From the human T2T-CHM13v2.0 reference genome, Homo sapiens, in NCBI RefSeq assembly GCF_009914755.1, contig NC_060935.1: a stretch of DNA of 64,000 nt. One strand, 5' to 3'. Below, piece by piece: positions 13,445-25,842 of the stretch. The first letter of the stretch is position 1; every line of letters starts with the position of its first letter. The notes under the pieces are model-generated. The model saw nothing but the letters and a program-made list of their open reading frames with translations. It ran no database searches and had not been told where the DNA came from. Made by a program: the position numbers and the translations under genes.

Positions 13445-13707
13445 TTTTTTTTTTTTTTTTGAGACAGAGTCTCGCTCTGTTGCCCAGGCTGTAGTGAAGT
13501 GGCATGATCTCTGCTCACTGCAACCTCCACCTCCTGGGTTCACACCATTCTCCTGCCTCAGCCTCCCGTAGCTGGGACTACAGGCGCCTGCCACCACGCC
13601 CAGCTAATTTTTTTGTATTTATAGTAGAGACGGGGTTTCACCATGTTAGCCAGAATGGTCTCCATCTTCTGACCTTGTGATCCGCCCACCACAGCCTCCC
13701 AAAGTGC
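13445..13707 (-). mobile_element. Alu (AluY/Sc-like), 5'-truncated
   Basis: Poly-T followed by antisense Alu; TSD caagtggtag/caagtgatag. Confidence 0.93.
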
Positions 13708-13869
13708 CGCAAGTGATAGGTTCTTAAGTCTTATTTAATAAATCTTTTCTAACAGCCCACCTCTTTGACCTTCTGGTCCCTTCATCTCTCCTCTTCAAAA
13801 GAAGTTTGAAGCCTCCACTTCTTTAACTGAAAACCATTTTCTTATTCCAATTTTAAAAGGCTTTCTCAA

Positions 13870-14296
13870 TGTTAAAGGAAAATAAAAACTCAGGACCCCA
13901 ATTCACTATGCCGAAAGGAAAAAAAATAAGCTGAAATCTGTCATGCAAGAAACTGCCTTTTCTTTTGTTCCTAAGCAGAGAGTACAAATAAAGATTAAAT
14001 ATCTCCACAGGTAGCTACTTTAAGTTCACCTTATCTTATGTAAAATGCTGATTTACTGAGCATAAGTGACAATCCCTCTATTCACTCCTTTTCTCTTGCA
14101 ACTCGCAGATTACCATACTCTCCCTCTTTTCCCATCAGCCCACTTTCTTTCTTTAAATATTGAAGTTCTCAAAATCATTTTTGGAGAGAAGCCACAGACT
14201 TTAGACTGTTTCTGTGACTCTGTGTTCTTTTCTTCTGGGCATGCCCTTAACCTTGGCAAAATAAACTTCTATAAAATTTATTGAGACCTGCCTCAA
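13870..14296 (+). mobile_element. MER4-group ERV1 LTR (MER4C-like)
   Basis: tgttaaaggaaaataaaaactcaggaccccaattcactatgcc...cttaaccttggcaaaataaacttc...ttgagacctg; extreme 3' end missing. Confidence 0.8.
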
Positions 14297-14634
14297 TAAA
14301 CAAACACCAACAAACATTGGAAGCAGCTCCACCTGTCCTCAATGCAACACTGAATCCTAAATCATAACTGAGTGTCCTCATATCAAAAAGCACTCCTGTA
14401 TTCATGCCCCAGCCTCAACAGTATAACATCCTCCACACCTTACCTTGGTTTACAGTGGTGATAGGTCCCACAGCTCCTTTAGTAGGAGGCTATTACTTCC
14501 TGGAGCAAAGTTCACATTTCTCTGCTTAGGTTGCATTGAAACTAATTCTGTTTTTACTTTTTTCTGGAGACAATAATATTGGAATGAAACTTGTGGAAAA
14601 CCATTATTTTGGGAGACATCAACTCCAGATGTTG

Positions 14635-14790
14635 AATTGCCGCATAAAATACAGTGTACCCAGTTAAATTTAAAATTTAGATAAACAACACCCCCATTTT
14701 TTATTTTACTATAAATATGCCCCAAATGCATGGGGGATACTCATATAAAAAAAGTGTATCTTTAATGTCTGAATTTCAATTTATTTGAAC
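14635..14790. mobile_element. MER53-like palindromic hAT MITE
   Basis: ttgcc...taaaatacag..cccagttaaatttaaaatttagataaacaac...tctgaatttcaatttatt, with internal inverted symmetry. Confidence 0.75.
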
Positions 14791-15030
14791 ATTTTTTAAA
14801 AAATCTCAATAACTTTTTTGTTTTAGAATGGTTTTATATTTAGAGAATTTATATTTACAGAAAAATTGCAAAGATAGTATGGAGATTGTCCATATACTCT
14901 ATACACAGTTTTGCTCGTTATCATCATCAAATGTTAGTATGCTACATTGGTTATAATTAATAAACCAATATGGATACATTGTTAACTGAAGTCCATACTT
15001 CATTGAGATTTTATTCACTTGTCCAGTTTT

Positions 15031-15178
15031 TATTTATTTATTTATTTATTTTATTATTATTATTATTTTTTGAGATGGAGTCTCGCTCTGTCGCCCAGGC
15101 TGGAGTGCAGTGGCACGATCTCGGCTCACAGCAAGCTCCACCTCTGGGGTTCATGCCATTCTCCTGCCTCAGCCTCCC
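15031..15178 (-). mobile_element. Truncated AluY-like right arm inserted in the tail of the adjacent Alu
   Basis: (TTTA)n tail, then gagatggagtctcgctctgtcgccc...gcaagctccacctc...catgccattctcctgcctcagcctccc (Y-type diagnostics). Confidence 0.85.
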
Positions 15179-15474
15179 TATTTATTTATTTTTCGAGATG
15201 GAGTTTTGCTCTGATGTCCAGGCTGGAGTGCAGTGGTGCCATCTTGGCTCACTGCAACCTCCGCCTCCTGGGTTCAAGCAATTCTCCTGCCTCAGCCTCC
15301 TGAGTAGCTTGAATTACAGGTGTGCACCACCACACCGGGCTAATTTTTGTATTTTTAGTAGAGACGGGGTTTCACCATATGGATCAAGCTGGTCTCCAAC
15401 CCCTGACCTCATGATTTGCCCTCCTCAGCCTTCCAAAGTGCTGGGATTACAGGCATGAGCCACCGCACCTGGCC
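15179..15474 (-). mobile_element. AluS
   Basis: Full antisense Alu. The outer TSD acttgtccagtttt/actcattcagtttt encloses both Alus. Confidence 0.93.
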
Positions 15475-16749
15475 ACTCATTCAGTTTTTGACTAATATCT
15501 TCTTTCTCTTCCAGCCTACCATCTAGGATACTACATTATATTTGCTTCTCAGGTCTCCTTAGGCCCCTTTTGGCTGTGAGAGTTTTTCAGACTTTACTGG
15601 TTTTAGGTTACCCTCAGAGTTTTAAGAAATACTGGTTAGATATTTTGTAGGTTATTTCTTAACTGGTATTTGTCTGATGCTTTTATCATGATTACACTAA
15701 GGTGATGTGTTTTGGGGAGGAAATCCACAAATCTAAAGTGCCATTTTCATGACATCTATCAAAGGCATATATAGTATTAATATGACTCAACTTTGAAACT
15801 TATTTTTTTGAGATTTTGTATTTGGGGGTTACTGTGTCTTGAAAATACAAAAATTGGACACTTAGATCTCATGCCATTATACCAGGAAACATTTTCTTCA
15901 TCTCCATTTGTCCCAAGACCTTACATTTAGTAAATGCACATGGTATGTTTAGGGAATGGATCATCGATGCTCTATTTCTTAATCAGACTATAAAAATATC
16001 ATATCTGAGAATATATTGTTTATACAGCTAATATTCATTAATATTTAATCTGATGGAAACACCCAAAGGATAAATTTTTCTATTAACTTTCTATCCATAA
16101 ATTTATTTAAATGTTTGACAAATTATCTTTCTTTCTTTCTTTTTAATAGCCAAGAAATAAAGAAGGAAATGATGGCTCTGGGTACCAGCTGGCAGGTTTT
16201 CCACATAGTATAAAGCAGTAAATACCTATAAAAACATAGTTATTGAGACATCTGTAGTCAGCTCCGCAAAGAGAGTTAAATCCACGTTGTTCAGGTTGCA
16301 GTTATGAGAGTAAGCAGCCTAAGAATGGCTCCAGGGGAATTGGGAAATTTCTGAATCAGGGGATATATCTGAATGCTAATATTGACACTCCCTCTTATTA
16401 TTTTTCTATATAGATGAGTTCATTGTTTTATATAGATGAGTTTGTTAGACTCTTTATCAGTCTAGCAAATATTTATTTTCCTGATATATCTTTTTGAGTA
16501 TTTGTCCTAGAGCACAAAGTTCATAACTCTTGCAGCATCTGCTACAATATTTTATCTATTTTGCCAGTCATTTAGAAAATTATGATACTTTTTACCCTGT
16601 GGGCCTTTGTTATTACCTGAGCTTGTCACAATTTTTTAGAGGCTTTCAAAATTTTCTTTATTCCTTTGTGATCCCTAACTTTCTGCTTGTTGACATCATT
16701 AAACACTCTGCCCAGTATTGAATTTGGTAAGGAAACAAACTGAAAATAA

Positions 16750-17700
<951 letters not shown>

Positions 17701-18049
17701 AGTATGGTCAAGTGGAAAATCCGAGTCTAGAAAATATACGATTCACAACTACTGAAGTCGCTTTAATCCATTTTCCTTACTCCAGCTAGGGCTCTCTTGT
17801 AAGGAATAAATCCAACCACTTCAATCTCTGCATTCCGTGGCCCCTGAAATCTTTCAATAATTTTCTAATGCTTATAGAAAGACAAAATCAAACTTTTTCT
17901 GCAAGTCTTAGAAAGCTTTACCCTGTAGTTATAAGCAAACTTCCTCTCTCTTTCAGCATTTTAGTCACACTGGCTTTTAAAGGCCCCCATGTAGCAATAT
18001 TTACCTTTACTATAAGGCCTTTGCATAGGCTGTTCCATATGTCAAAATA

Positions 18050-18375
18050 CCCTTCCTGTCCTAGCCCTTCTTTCTTCTTGATAATTCCAAGTATTTAACC
18101 TGAAACGATACTTTTGGGAAAACTTTCATCAGCCTCCCTAATTTTTGCAAATCTTCATCCTTCAGTTTCATAATATACTATATAGTTCTTCTTCACAGTG
18201 TCAGTTGCAATTTGACATTATTGGTAGTGATTTGCTGTTTGCCTCTCACTAGACTGTAGGCTTCATGATAGCAGGATCCATATTTGTTGATGATCACTGT
18301 TCACTGTTGTATAATGAGCACCTAACACAATCCCTCATGTACAGTCAATATAAAGCAAACATTCTAAAATAAATG
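18050..18375 (+). mobile_element. L2 3' end
   Basis: cactagactgtaggcttcatgatagcagga...gagcacctaacaca...aataaatg. Confidence 0.65.
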
Positions 18376-19225
18376 TTCTTAACATACCTTATCTCTGTAT
18401 TTTTTCTTTGGTAGTAAACACTGCACACTTCAACTCCCTTTTTATCCTGAAATTTAGCCCCCAGGGATGGCTTAAACTCTCCTATGCCTATGAAATATTG
18501 TGTTTGTTGCCCAAGTTTAGAGACATGAGGAAGAGTTTCCTAAAAAATTATATCTTGTAAATCAGTTAATTATTTTTGTTTGGATTGTGGTGATTCTGTA
18601 ATTGTAGATTAATTGGTTCCATCTGCTCTGTGATTTTCCAATTAATAGGTAATAACTTTCAAAAGTCAGTTCATTTCTGACATGTGTAGGAATGTATTTA
18701 AGATGGTAATTTTTCCCCCTATTGGTCTCTGTTGCTACTTTTTAAAAAAAAAAAAAAATCCTTTTCAAGTCTTGAGGCAAATAGCACTTTTTTTTTTTCC
18801 TGTTAGTTGAGGCCTTTCCAGGACAAGTCTTTCTGAACAAGGTCATAAACTTTTTTCTTTGCCATTGGTGTTCTAGGTTCATTTATTATTTGCTGCTGTT
18901 CCCAGTACTGATTAACGACAGTAATTTTTAAGGCTAGAGGTGTTTTATTATTTTTTTAATTTAAAAATTGACTGACTGTTTGATTAAGTTTTCTCCAGCT
19001 GAGTTTTCATATTAATAGAGATTCCTGGCTGCAGAATGCCTGCTGTAAGTGGATGGGGAGTGGGAAATAAAGGGAGGAGAGATTTCAAAATTATTTAAGC
19101 ATAAATATTCAAGTCTATCTCTTCCTACAAGAAAGCTGACCTTAAATGTTCTATTACCTAATTGTAGATCTTTATGAAACCCTTTAAGTTTTAGAATACT
19201 CTATTACCTTTTTCTCTTGAGATAC

Positions 19226-20055
19226 TGTGATAAAATAAAGAATAGATATCTATATTTTTTTTCCTGGCATACTACTTCTAAAGTATTTGGAATCTCCAGT
19301 GATGAGTCTTTTAGTGTGCTAATGAGATGACTGGTGGCTGGGAGCTCCTGGCGAACCTCAGAATGGGGGCTGGCTGCCAGGGGAACCAATCAGGTGATTA
19401 GAGGATTACAACTCTTGTCCCACCACTGACCTCCTGAGACTGAGAGGACCTGAAGGTTGAGTTGATCACCAATGACCAATGATATTTAATCATACCTAGT
19501 AATGAAGCCTCCAGACAAACACAAAAGATGGGTTTCAGAGAGCATCCAGCTTGGCAAACACATAGTACTGAGAGAGTGGCATGTCTGGGGAGGGTACGGA
19601 ATCTCTGCACCCTTCCCCCATACTTTGCCCTATACATCTCTACTGTATGGCTGTTTCTGAGTTGTATCCTTCGTAATAAACCAGGAATCTAGTAAGTAAA
19701 CTGTAATTCTGAGTTCTGTGAGCCATTCTAACAAATGACTCATACTGAGGAGGATGTAAAACTCTGATTTATACCTGGTTTGTCAGAAGCACAGGTGGTG
19801 ACCTGGACTTATGACTCACGTCTGAAGTGGGAGTGGAGGACAGTATTGTAAAGTCCTTAACCTGTGAGATCTGCACTAACTCCAGGTGGATAGTGTCAGA
19901 ATTGAATTGAATTATAGGACAGCCAGCTTGTGTCCCCAGAGAATTGGAGAATTGCTTGCTGTGGGAAAAAACCCCTTACATCTGGTGTCAGAAACAAAGT
20001 ATTCTGGAAGCATCAGATGTAAGCATGGTAGAGAGAAAAGGGTTGGTTTTTCATT
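19226..20055 (+). mobile_element. MER21-family LTR
   Basis: gctaatgagatgactggtggctggg...ggttgagttgatcaccaatg...gagttctgtgagccattcta...gtcagaattgaattgaatt...catctggtgtcagaa. Confidence 0.85.
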
Positions 20056-20269
20056 ATACCTCTTTATCATCATAAATATCATCATCAAGGTTAAATAATT
20101 TTTAAAACGTTCCAAGTATTAATTTATATAAATTTGCTAAACAGTGGCAAAATGTGGGCTATACGGAAACTAGTCAAGTAGATAAAAACTTTCACTTGGA
20201 CCAGTGTTTTCTTTGGAAAATGAAAATAATATACTATAAAGAATGAGAACACATACTATCAAATGATAC

Positions 20270-20450
20270 TAATTTATTCATTTGCTTATTCATCCAACAA
20301 CTACTTTTAACATTTACTATGTACCAGAAACCATTCTAGGTGATTGGGGTACCTCAGCGAATAAATCCGTCATAGATATCTGAGCCCTTATTAAGCTTAC
20401 ATTTTAGTGCAGGTAAGATTTTTACAAAGTACATAAAGTAAATGAGTAAA
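20270..20450 (-). mobile_element. L2 3' end
   Basis: attcatttgcttattcatccaacaa...tactatgtaccagaaaccattctagg...cttattaagcttacattttagtg. Confidence 0.65.
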
Positions 20451-20459
20451 TTAAAGACA

Positions 20460-20786
20460 TTCACTTCAGGACATAATGGAGTTAACAAGGACTGGATTTA
20501 TCTTCCTGCTAAAAACAATTAGAAAATCAGATCAAATATATAAAACAAGGGTTTTCAGACAATGGAAAGCAGGCAGCACAAAACTTGATACCTGAGAGAA
20601 CATTAACAAACAAGGTTAGCCCTGTGATTGCACAAACTTACTGTATAGAAGCAGTTTCCAGGCCACAAGGCAGAGGGGAAGAATGCAAATAAAGCCCACA
20701 TGTTTTGTTGCATTGAGAAATCAGAGTAGAGAGTATACAGAGGACAACATTGCTAGAATTTATGGATCAGAGCAGTGGAGGAAAGA
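20460..20786 (+). mobile_element. Old L1 (L1M-type) 5' region fragment
   Basis: cttcaggacataatggag..acaaggactggatttta...ttttcagacaatgga..caggcagcac resembles L1M 5' ends. Confidence 0.55.
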
Positions 20787-21264
20787 GTAAAAATGTGACA
20801 TACAAGATGGCATCACTCTGGTTGAGAGCTCTAAAATGGAATTGGAAAGCCATTCTAAAAAGGACTACCTGCAAAGCCTGCAACGTTGCAAAAAAACCAA
20901 ACAAAACAAACAAAAAAACACAGGAAATTGCCTTGAACTTTTGAACTGGGCCAAGCCACTACAACCACAACAACCCAGAAAACAGCTGAATTTCACCAGC
21001 ACTGCAACTCCTGAACAGAAATAACCCATGAAATATGCACACATATACAAAGCCAGCTGCCTTCAACAATGATAATTCTTTCAAAGCAACTTGTGTAATC
21101 ACTTTTAGCTTCCTTTTCAAAACCCCCTACTGCTCTCCATCTCTTTGGAACACAATTTAGCATGTAGTCAAATCTGTGTCTTACAAATTGCAATACTTAA
21201 GACCCCAATAAACACCTTGACTTACTGCTTTACGGTTTGGTCTTTTGCCTTTTCTTGGTTGACA
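20787..21264 (+). mobile_element. 5' LTR of a MER89-type ERV1 provirus
   Basis: aaatgtgacatacaagatggcatcactctggttgagagctctaaaatgga...cccaataaac...cttggttgaca; homologous to 31684-31992. Confidence 0.85.
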
Positions 21265-23540
21265 CTACATGGTGTTCAAATAGAGCAGGATAAAAAGTCA
21301 TTCCCCTTCTCTGTGTTCCAGTGCAGCTGCAAATTTGAGCACAGAACCTGCAAGAACCTCTTGTGTTCCATTGCCTCCCAGATGCCCTAGACTTGTTGGT
21401 GAGTCCTCTTATTTCCCCCACCTCCCACCTTTGTTGAGATCAGGCCTTTATTGAGGGTCCTTTGTTGCCAGTTATCAACAAAGTGATTTTTCCCCTTTGG
21501 GGGAGTACTCATGGGGACTTTACTTCAAAGGGTATAGGTGGTGAGTCAGCCTCTTCTGGAACCTCTGCTGGTTTCATGCACAAAAATTATAGTACTTCAT
21601 CTTGTAAATTTCTTTCTCAATGGACCAACATCACTAGAAGCGATCTGTAATTACAGTGACGAACTGGGATCTTTTGATTTCCCAAAACTTGCTCTCCTTC
21701 CTGGACAATTTGAGCAGCTAAATGGAAAGATTAAACAGCCTGAAAGGAACTTCTACTTTAATTTGTTATCTTGAGGTAGATAAAAGACTCTAAGAATCTG
21801 AACTAGAAACTATAAGAGATATCGATGCCAAATTAAAAATTGGGAGAAAAAATCAGAAGCTTCTAAAAATGAAAGAAATCTTGAGTCAAGTATGCCTTTA
21901 TCTATTTTTCCTTATCCTGTTGTGTCCGGAATTGGTGGGTTCTTGGTCTCACTGACTTCAAGAATGAAGCCACGGACCCTTGCCGTGAGTGTTACAGCTC
22001 TTAAGGTGGCGCATCTGGAGTTTGTTCCTTCTGATGTTCAGATGTGTTTGGAGTTTCTTCCTTCTGGCGGGTTCGTGGTTTCGCTGGCTCAGGAGTGAAG
22101 CAGCAGACCTTCGAGGTGAGTGTTACAGCTCTTAAGGCAGCGCGTCTAGAGTTGTTCGCTCCTCCCTGTGGGCTCGTGGTCTTGCTGGCTTCAGGAGTGA
22201 AGCTGCAGATCTTCGCAGTGAGTGTTACAGCTCATAAAAGCAGTGTGGACCCAAAGAGTGAGCAGTAGCAAGATTTATTGCAAAGAGCGAAAGAACAAAG
22301 CTTCCACAGTACAGAAGGGGACCCGAGCAGGTTGCCACTGCTGGTTCCCGCAGCCTGCTTTTATTCTCTTATTTGGCCCCACCCACATCCTGCTGATTGG
22401 TAGAGCCCAGTGGTCTGTTTTGACAGGGTGCTGATTGGTGCGTTTACAATCCCTGAGCTAGATATAAACGTTCTCCATGTCCCCATCAGATTAGTTAGAT
22501 ACAGAGTATGGACACATAATGTTCTCGAAGGCCACACCAGAGCAGCTAGATACAGAGTGTCGATTGGTGCATTCACAAACCTTGAGCTAAACACAGGGTG
22601 CTGATTGGTGTGTTTACAAACCTTGAGCTAGATACAGAGTGCTGATTGGTGTATTTACAATCCCTGAGCTAGACATAAAGGTTCTCCAAGGCCCCACCAG
22701 AGCAGCTAGATACAGAGTGTCGATTGGTGCACTCACAAACCCTGAGCTAGACACAGGGTGCTGATTGGTGTGTTTACAATCCCTGAGCTAGACATAAAGA
22801 CTCTCCACGTCCCCACCAGACTCAGGAGCCCAGCTGGGTTCACCCAGTGGATCCCACACTGGGCCGCAAGTGGAGCTGCCTGCCAGTCCTGCGCCATGCG
22901 CTCACACTCCTCAGCCCTTGGGCGGTCGATGGGACTGGGCGCCCTGGAGCAGGGGGCGGTGCTCGTTCGGGATGCTTGGGCCGCACAGGAGCCCATGGAG
23001 GGGGTGGGAGGCTCGGGCATGGCGGGCTGGCAGGTCCCAAGCCCTACCCCACGGAAAGGCAGCTCAGGCCCGGTGAGAAATCGAGTGCAGCACCAGTGGG
23101 CCGGCACTGCTGGGGGACGCAGTACACCCTCTGCAGCCACTGGCCTGGGTGCTAAGCCCCTCAGTGCCCAGGGCCGGCAGGGCCGGCCAGCTGCTCCGAG
23201 TGTGGGGCCTGCCAAGCCCACGCCCACCTGGAGCCCCAGCTGGCCCGCAAGCAGGGCGCACAGCCCGGGTTCCTGCTTGCGCCTCTCCCTCCACACCTCC
23301 CTGCAAGCTGAGGGAGCCGGCTCTGGCCTTGGCCAGCCCAGAAAGGGGCTCCCACAGTGCAGCGGTGGGCTGAAGGGCTCCTCAAGTGCCGCCAAAGTGG
23401 GAGCCCAGGCAGAGGAGTCACCGAGAGCAAGTGAGGGCTCTGAGGACTGCCAGCACGCTGTCACCTCTCACTGTGTCACCTGCCCCTCCTAGCTATACCC
23501 ATCCCATACCACTGACACTCTTTGCACCCTCTTGCTAATA
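21265..23540 (+). mobile_element. MER89-type internal region (leader and decayed gag matrix remnant), split by LTR12C
   Basis: tggtg...caggat PBS-like site after the LTR. Translation SGTSAGFMHKNYSTSSCKFLSQWTNIT...GSFDFPKL (about 21550-21720) resembles the MER4-group Gag N-terminus. Confidence 0.65.
21921..23470 (-). mobile_element. LTR12C-like solo LTR (ERV9)
   Basis: 1550 bp; the reverse complement starts tgagaggtgacagcgtgctggcagtcctc and ends ccaattccggacaca; tandem U3 repeats with 7 GATTGG (CCAAT) boxes at about 22395-22770; perfect 4-bp TSD CTGT. Confidence 0.95.
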
Positions 23541-23905
23541 TGGTAAAAACTTATTGTAAACCTGGAAAATTATTTCCCAGACTCAATGAAGAGGCTTATT
23601 GAATTGAGTTACTATTAGAATATGTACGCCATTGGGAATTCCAGTTATCGGTGGCCAAAAGACAGATGTTTTAAATTTGAATGACTCCTATATTTTCTTG
23701 ATCTCTCATTTTAAACAATTGCCTTATGTGTATTTATGGGAGCATCAAATAATTTTTAAAAAGACACATAATAGCGTCGTGACTAGATTTAGAAATTATC
23801 TCAATAAAATAAAAGAGCAGACTGACCTAAAAGCAAGTTAAAATTCCTTCTATGCTCAAACTACCTCCCTTGATTCCCTGTGGAATTTGCAAAATAAGAC
23901 ACACC

Positions 23906-23975
23906 ACCCTGTGGTCTAGTAGCTGGGATTTGCACTTTCACTGCCATGGCTCAGGTTTGATTCCTGGTCAGGGAA
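23906..23975 (+). pseudogene. tRNA-Glu(TTC)-derived sequence embedded in ERV internal DNA
   Basis: accctgtggtctagtagctgggatttgcactttcactgccatggctcaggtttgattcctggtcagggaa aligns end to end with human tRNA-Glu (TCCCTGGTGGTCTAGTGGCTAGGATTCGGCGCTTTCACCGCCGCGGCCCGGGTTCGATTCCCGG.CAGGGAA); most differences are CpG decay and the B-box is mutated. Confidence 0.8.
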
Positions 23976-25020
23976 GTAGTCTCGGCAGATATAAGTCCTT
24001 TAACTCTGGAAAAGAAAAATTGAGTAAAGCATTGTTCAGATATTTGTGTGACTCTTGACTTTTTGGGATATCTATTTGTTATTGATTATTTCCCTTCCTT
24101 TTTATTTTCTGTCTTATCAACTGTCTCTTTTAGTCTTTCATCTGCAGGGCATATGGATGGGCATGGTCAGCGTTTGTGTGGAGAAGGTCAGCTGAGAAGC
24201 TAAGATTCTAGAGAACATGTCCAGACAAGACAAAAATGTGCATTGTATCCCAGTTGTAGCTAGCAAAACTTTCGTTTCTTTGAAGTGTCTTTGAGTGCTT
24301 CCGGATCTTGAGAGGATCCTTTGCACCTCTTTGAAGATGCTTGTGCATTCTTGGTTAAGGTATAACCTTAGTTAAGGCATAACCTTAGTTAAGGCTTTTG
24401 TTTTGATGAGTCACTTGGAAGATACATTTGGTAAAAAGTTCAAAAGTCAGGAATATTGGATGTTTCTCCTGGCTAAAATCTGATAATAAGAGATTTGGAA
24501 AAACATTTATAAGAAGTCAGCTATGGTTAGAAGTCAGCTTAATGAAAAGATGATATTCAGGATATATATATATCTTTCTGTTTTTTTTTCTTCTGTGTCC
24601 TGTTTCTGAATTTTTTTTAAATCAACTACAACCACTTTTTAATTATATATTTGATCCTTTTGTTTGCTTTTTCTTTTTCTGTTGGCATAATTTTTGCTGA
24701 CAAAAGTGTAAAATTCATTGGCCTTTCTGGGAAGCTTAAAATCTCTAAATTAGCTCCTCTAAGACTTGTTCTTTCATTTCCTTCCACTCCTCTTTTCTCT
24801 TTTCCACTTTCAATTCAACATAAAGAGACTTAAAAGAGATGTCTAGTGACTCTGAGACTTCTTGAGGAACATGAAGAAAGGTACCACAAATCTCCTTTTT
24901 AGGGTTTTGTTTTCCTCCTGGAGCTCCCAAAACCATGGGAAGGTTTTTCTTAGGTCTAAACCTCTGCTTTCATTTGCATTGAATGGCCTAATATTTTTGG
25001 CTTTGGGAGGTACCTGGTAT

Positions 25021-25822
25021 TGATACAGAATGGGGGCAAGGAAGTACTGGGAGGAGAAGGGCAGATCTTTGTCTAGGGCTCCACCCCAAGGGTTATGCCC
25101 ATGGGCCTAGGTGAGGACAGGCACTCCTGTCTTTGCACCCAAATGTTGCGTTTCCCAAGACCACCCTGGCCTGTCGTGCACCCATCTTGTGCCTATACAA
25201 ATTCTGAGATCCTAATGGGCAGATGCACAAGTGGCTGGACATTGAGAGGAACACATCAGTGGATGAAGACACAAGCAGCTGGACGGTGAGAAGACATCAA
25301 GCGGAGCACACAGGCAAAAAAGCACATGACAGATGCTGACATGCTAGCAGGCCATCCACCAGGGGAAGGAGGTGGGGTTTGTCCAGGGCAGTCAGAGGAG
25401 CCTGAGCAGCCTGACTCCAGGGTAAAACCATCTCCCTTCTGGCTCCCCCATCTGCTGAGAGCTACTTCCACTCAATAAAGCCTTGCACTTATTCTCCAAA
25501 CCCATGTGTGATCTGATTCTTCTAGTACACCAAGGCAAAAACCTTGGGGTACAGAAAGCCCTCTGTCCTTGATATAAGGCAGGGGTCCAATTGACTAACA
25601 CAAGCTGCCTATGGACAGCTAAACTAAAAGAGCACTCTGTAACACATGCCCACTGAGGCTTCAGCTGTAAACGTTCACCCTAGACACTACTGTGGGGTTG
25701 GAGCCCCACAGCCTGCCCATCTGTATGCTCCCCTAGAGGTTTGAACAGTGGGGTGCTGAAGAAGTGAGCCACATCTCCATTGCATGCCCTGCAAGGGTGA
25801 AAAGGGAACTTTTCCTGTTTCA
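25021..25822 (+). mobile_element. 5' LTR of a HUERS-P-group ERV1 (LTR1-like)
   Basis: tgatacagaatggggg...cctaggtgaggacaggcactcctg...ccaagaccaccctggcc...aataaagcc...aacttttcctgtttca; followed by a PBS. Confidence 0.8.
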
Positions 25823-25824
25823 AC

Positions 25825-25842
25825 TGGGGGCTTGTCCAGGAT
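25825..25842 (+). promoter_or_regulatory. Primer-binding site, tRNA-Pro
   Basis: tgggggcttgtccaggat matches TGGGGGCTCGTCCGGGAT at 16/18 (both mismatches are CpG decay), 2 nt after the LTR end. Confidence 0.9.

Larger units (their letters stand above)
14810..15790 (-). mobile_element. L1MC-type 3'UTR, interrupted by two Alus
   Basis: atttacagaaaaattgcaaagatagta...aactgaagtccatactt...gtctccttaggcccc...aagtgccattttcatgacatc. Confidence 0.75.

Noticed and set aside
14970-15458. 162-aa ORF and other ORFs containing [13 protein letters not shown]
   Set aside because: Standard Alu-derived translations.
16128-16330. Possible splice acceptor and exon (polypyrimidine tract then ttaatag)
   Set aside because: No convincing donor or coding frame; cannot be supported without transcript data.
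22390-22830. Regularly spaced repeats resembling a CRISPR array
   Set aside because: These are the known tandem U3 repeats of LTR12; the spacers are themselves repeated, the context is human, and there are no cas genes.
22733-23492. Overlapping 243-aa and 244-aa ORFs on opposite strands
   Set aside because: They lie wholly in the GC-rich U3 of LTR12C, where stop codons are scarce; no recognisable domain.
23906-23975. Functional tRNA-Glu gene
   Set aside because: Stems are disrupted by CpG decay, the B-box GTTCGA is mutated, and it is embedded in an ERV; reported as a pseudogene only.
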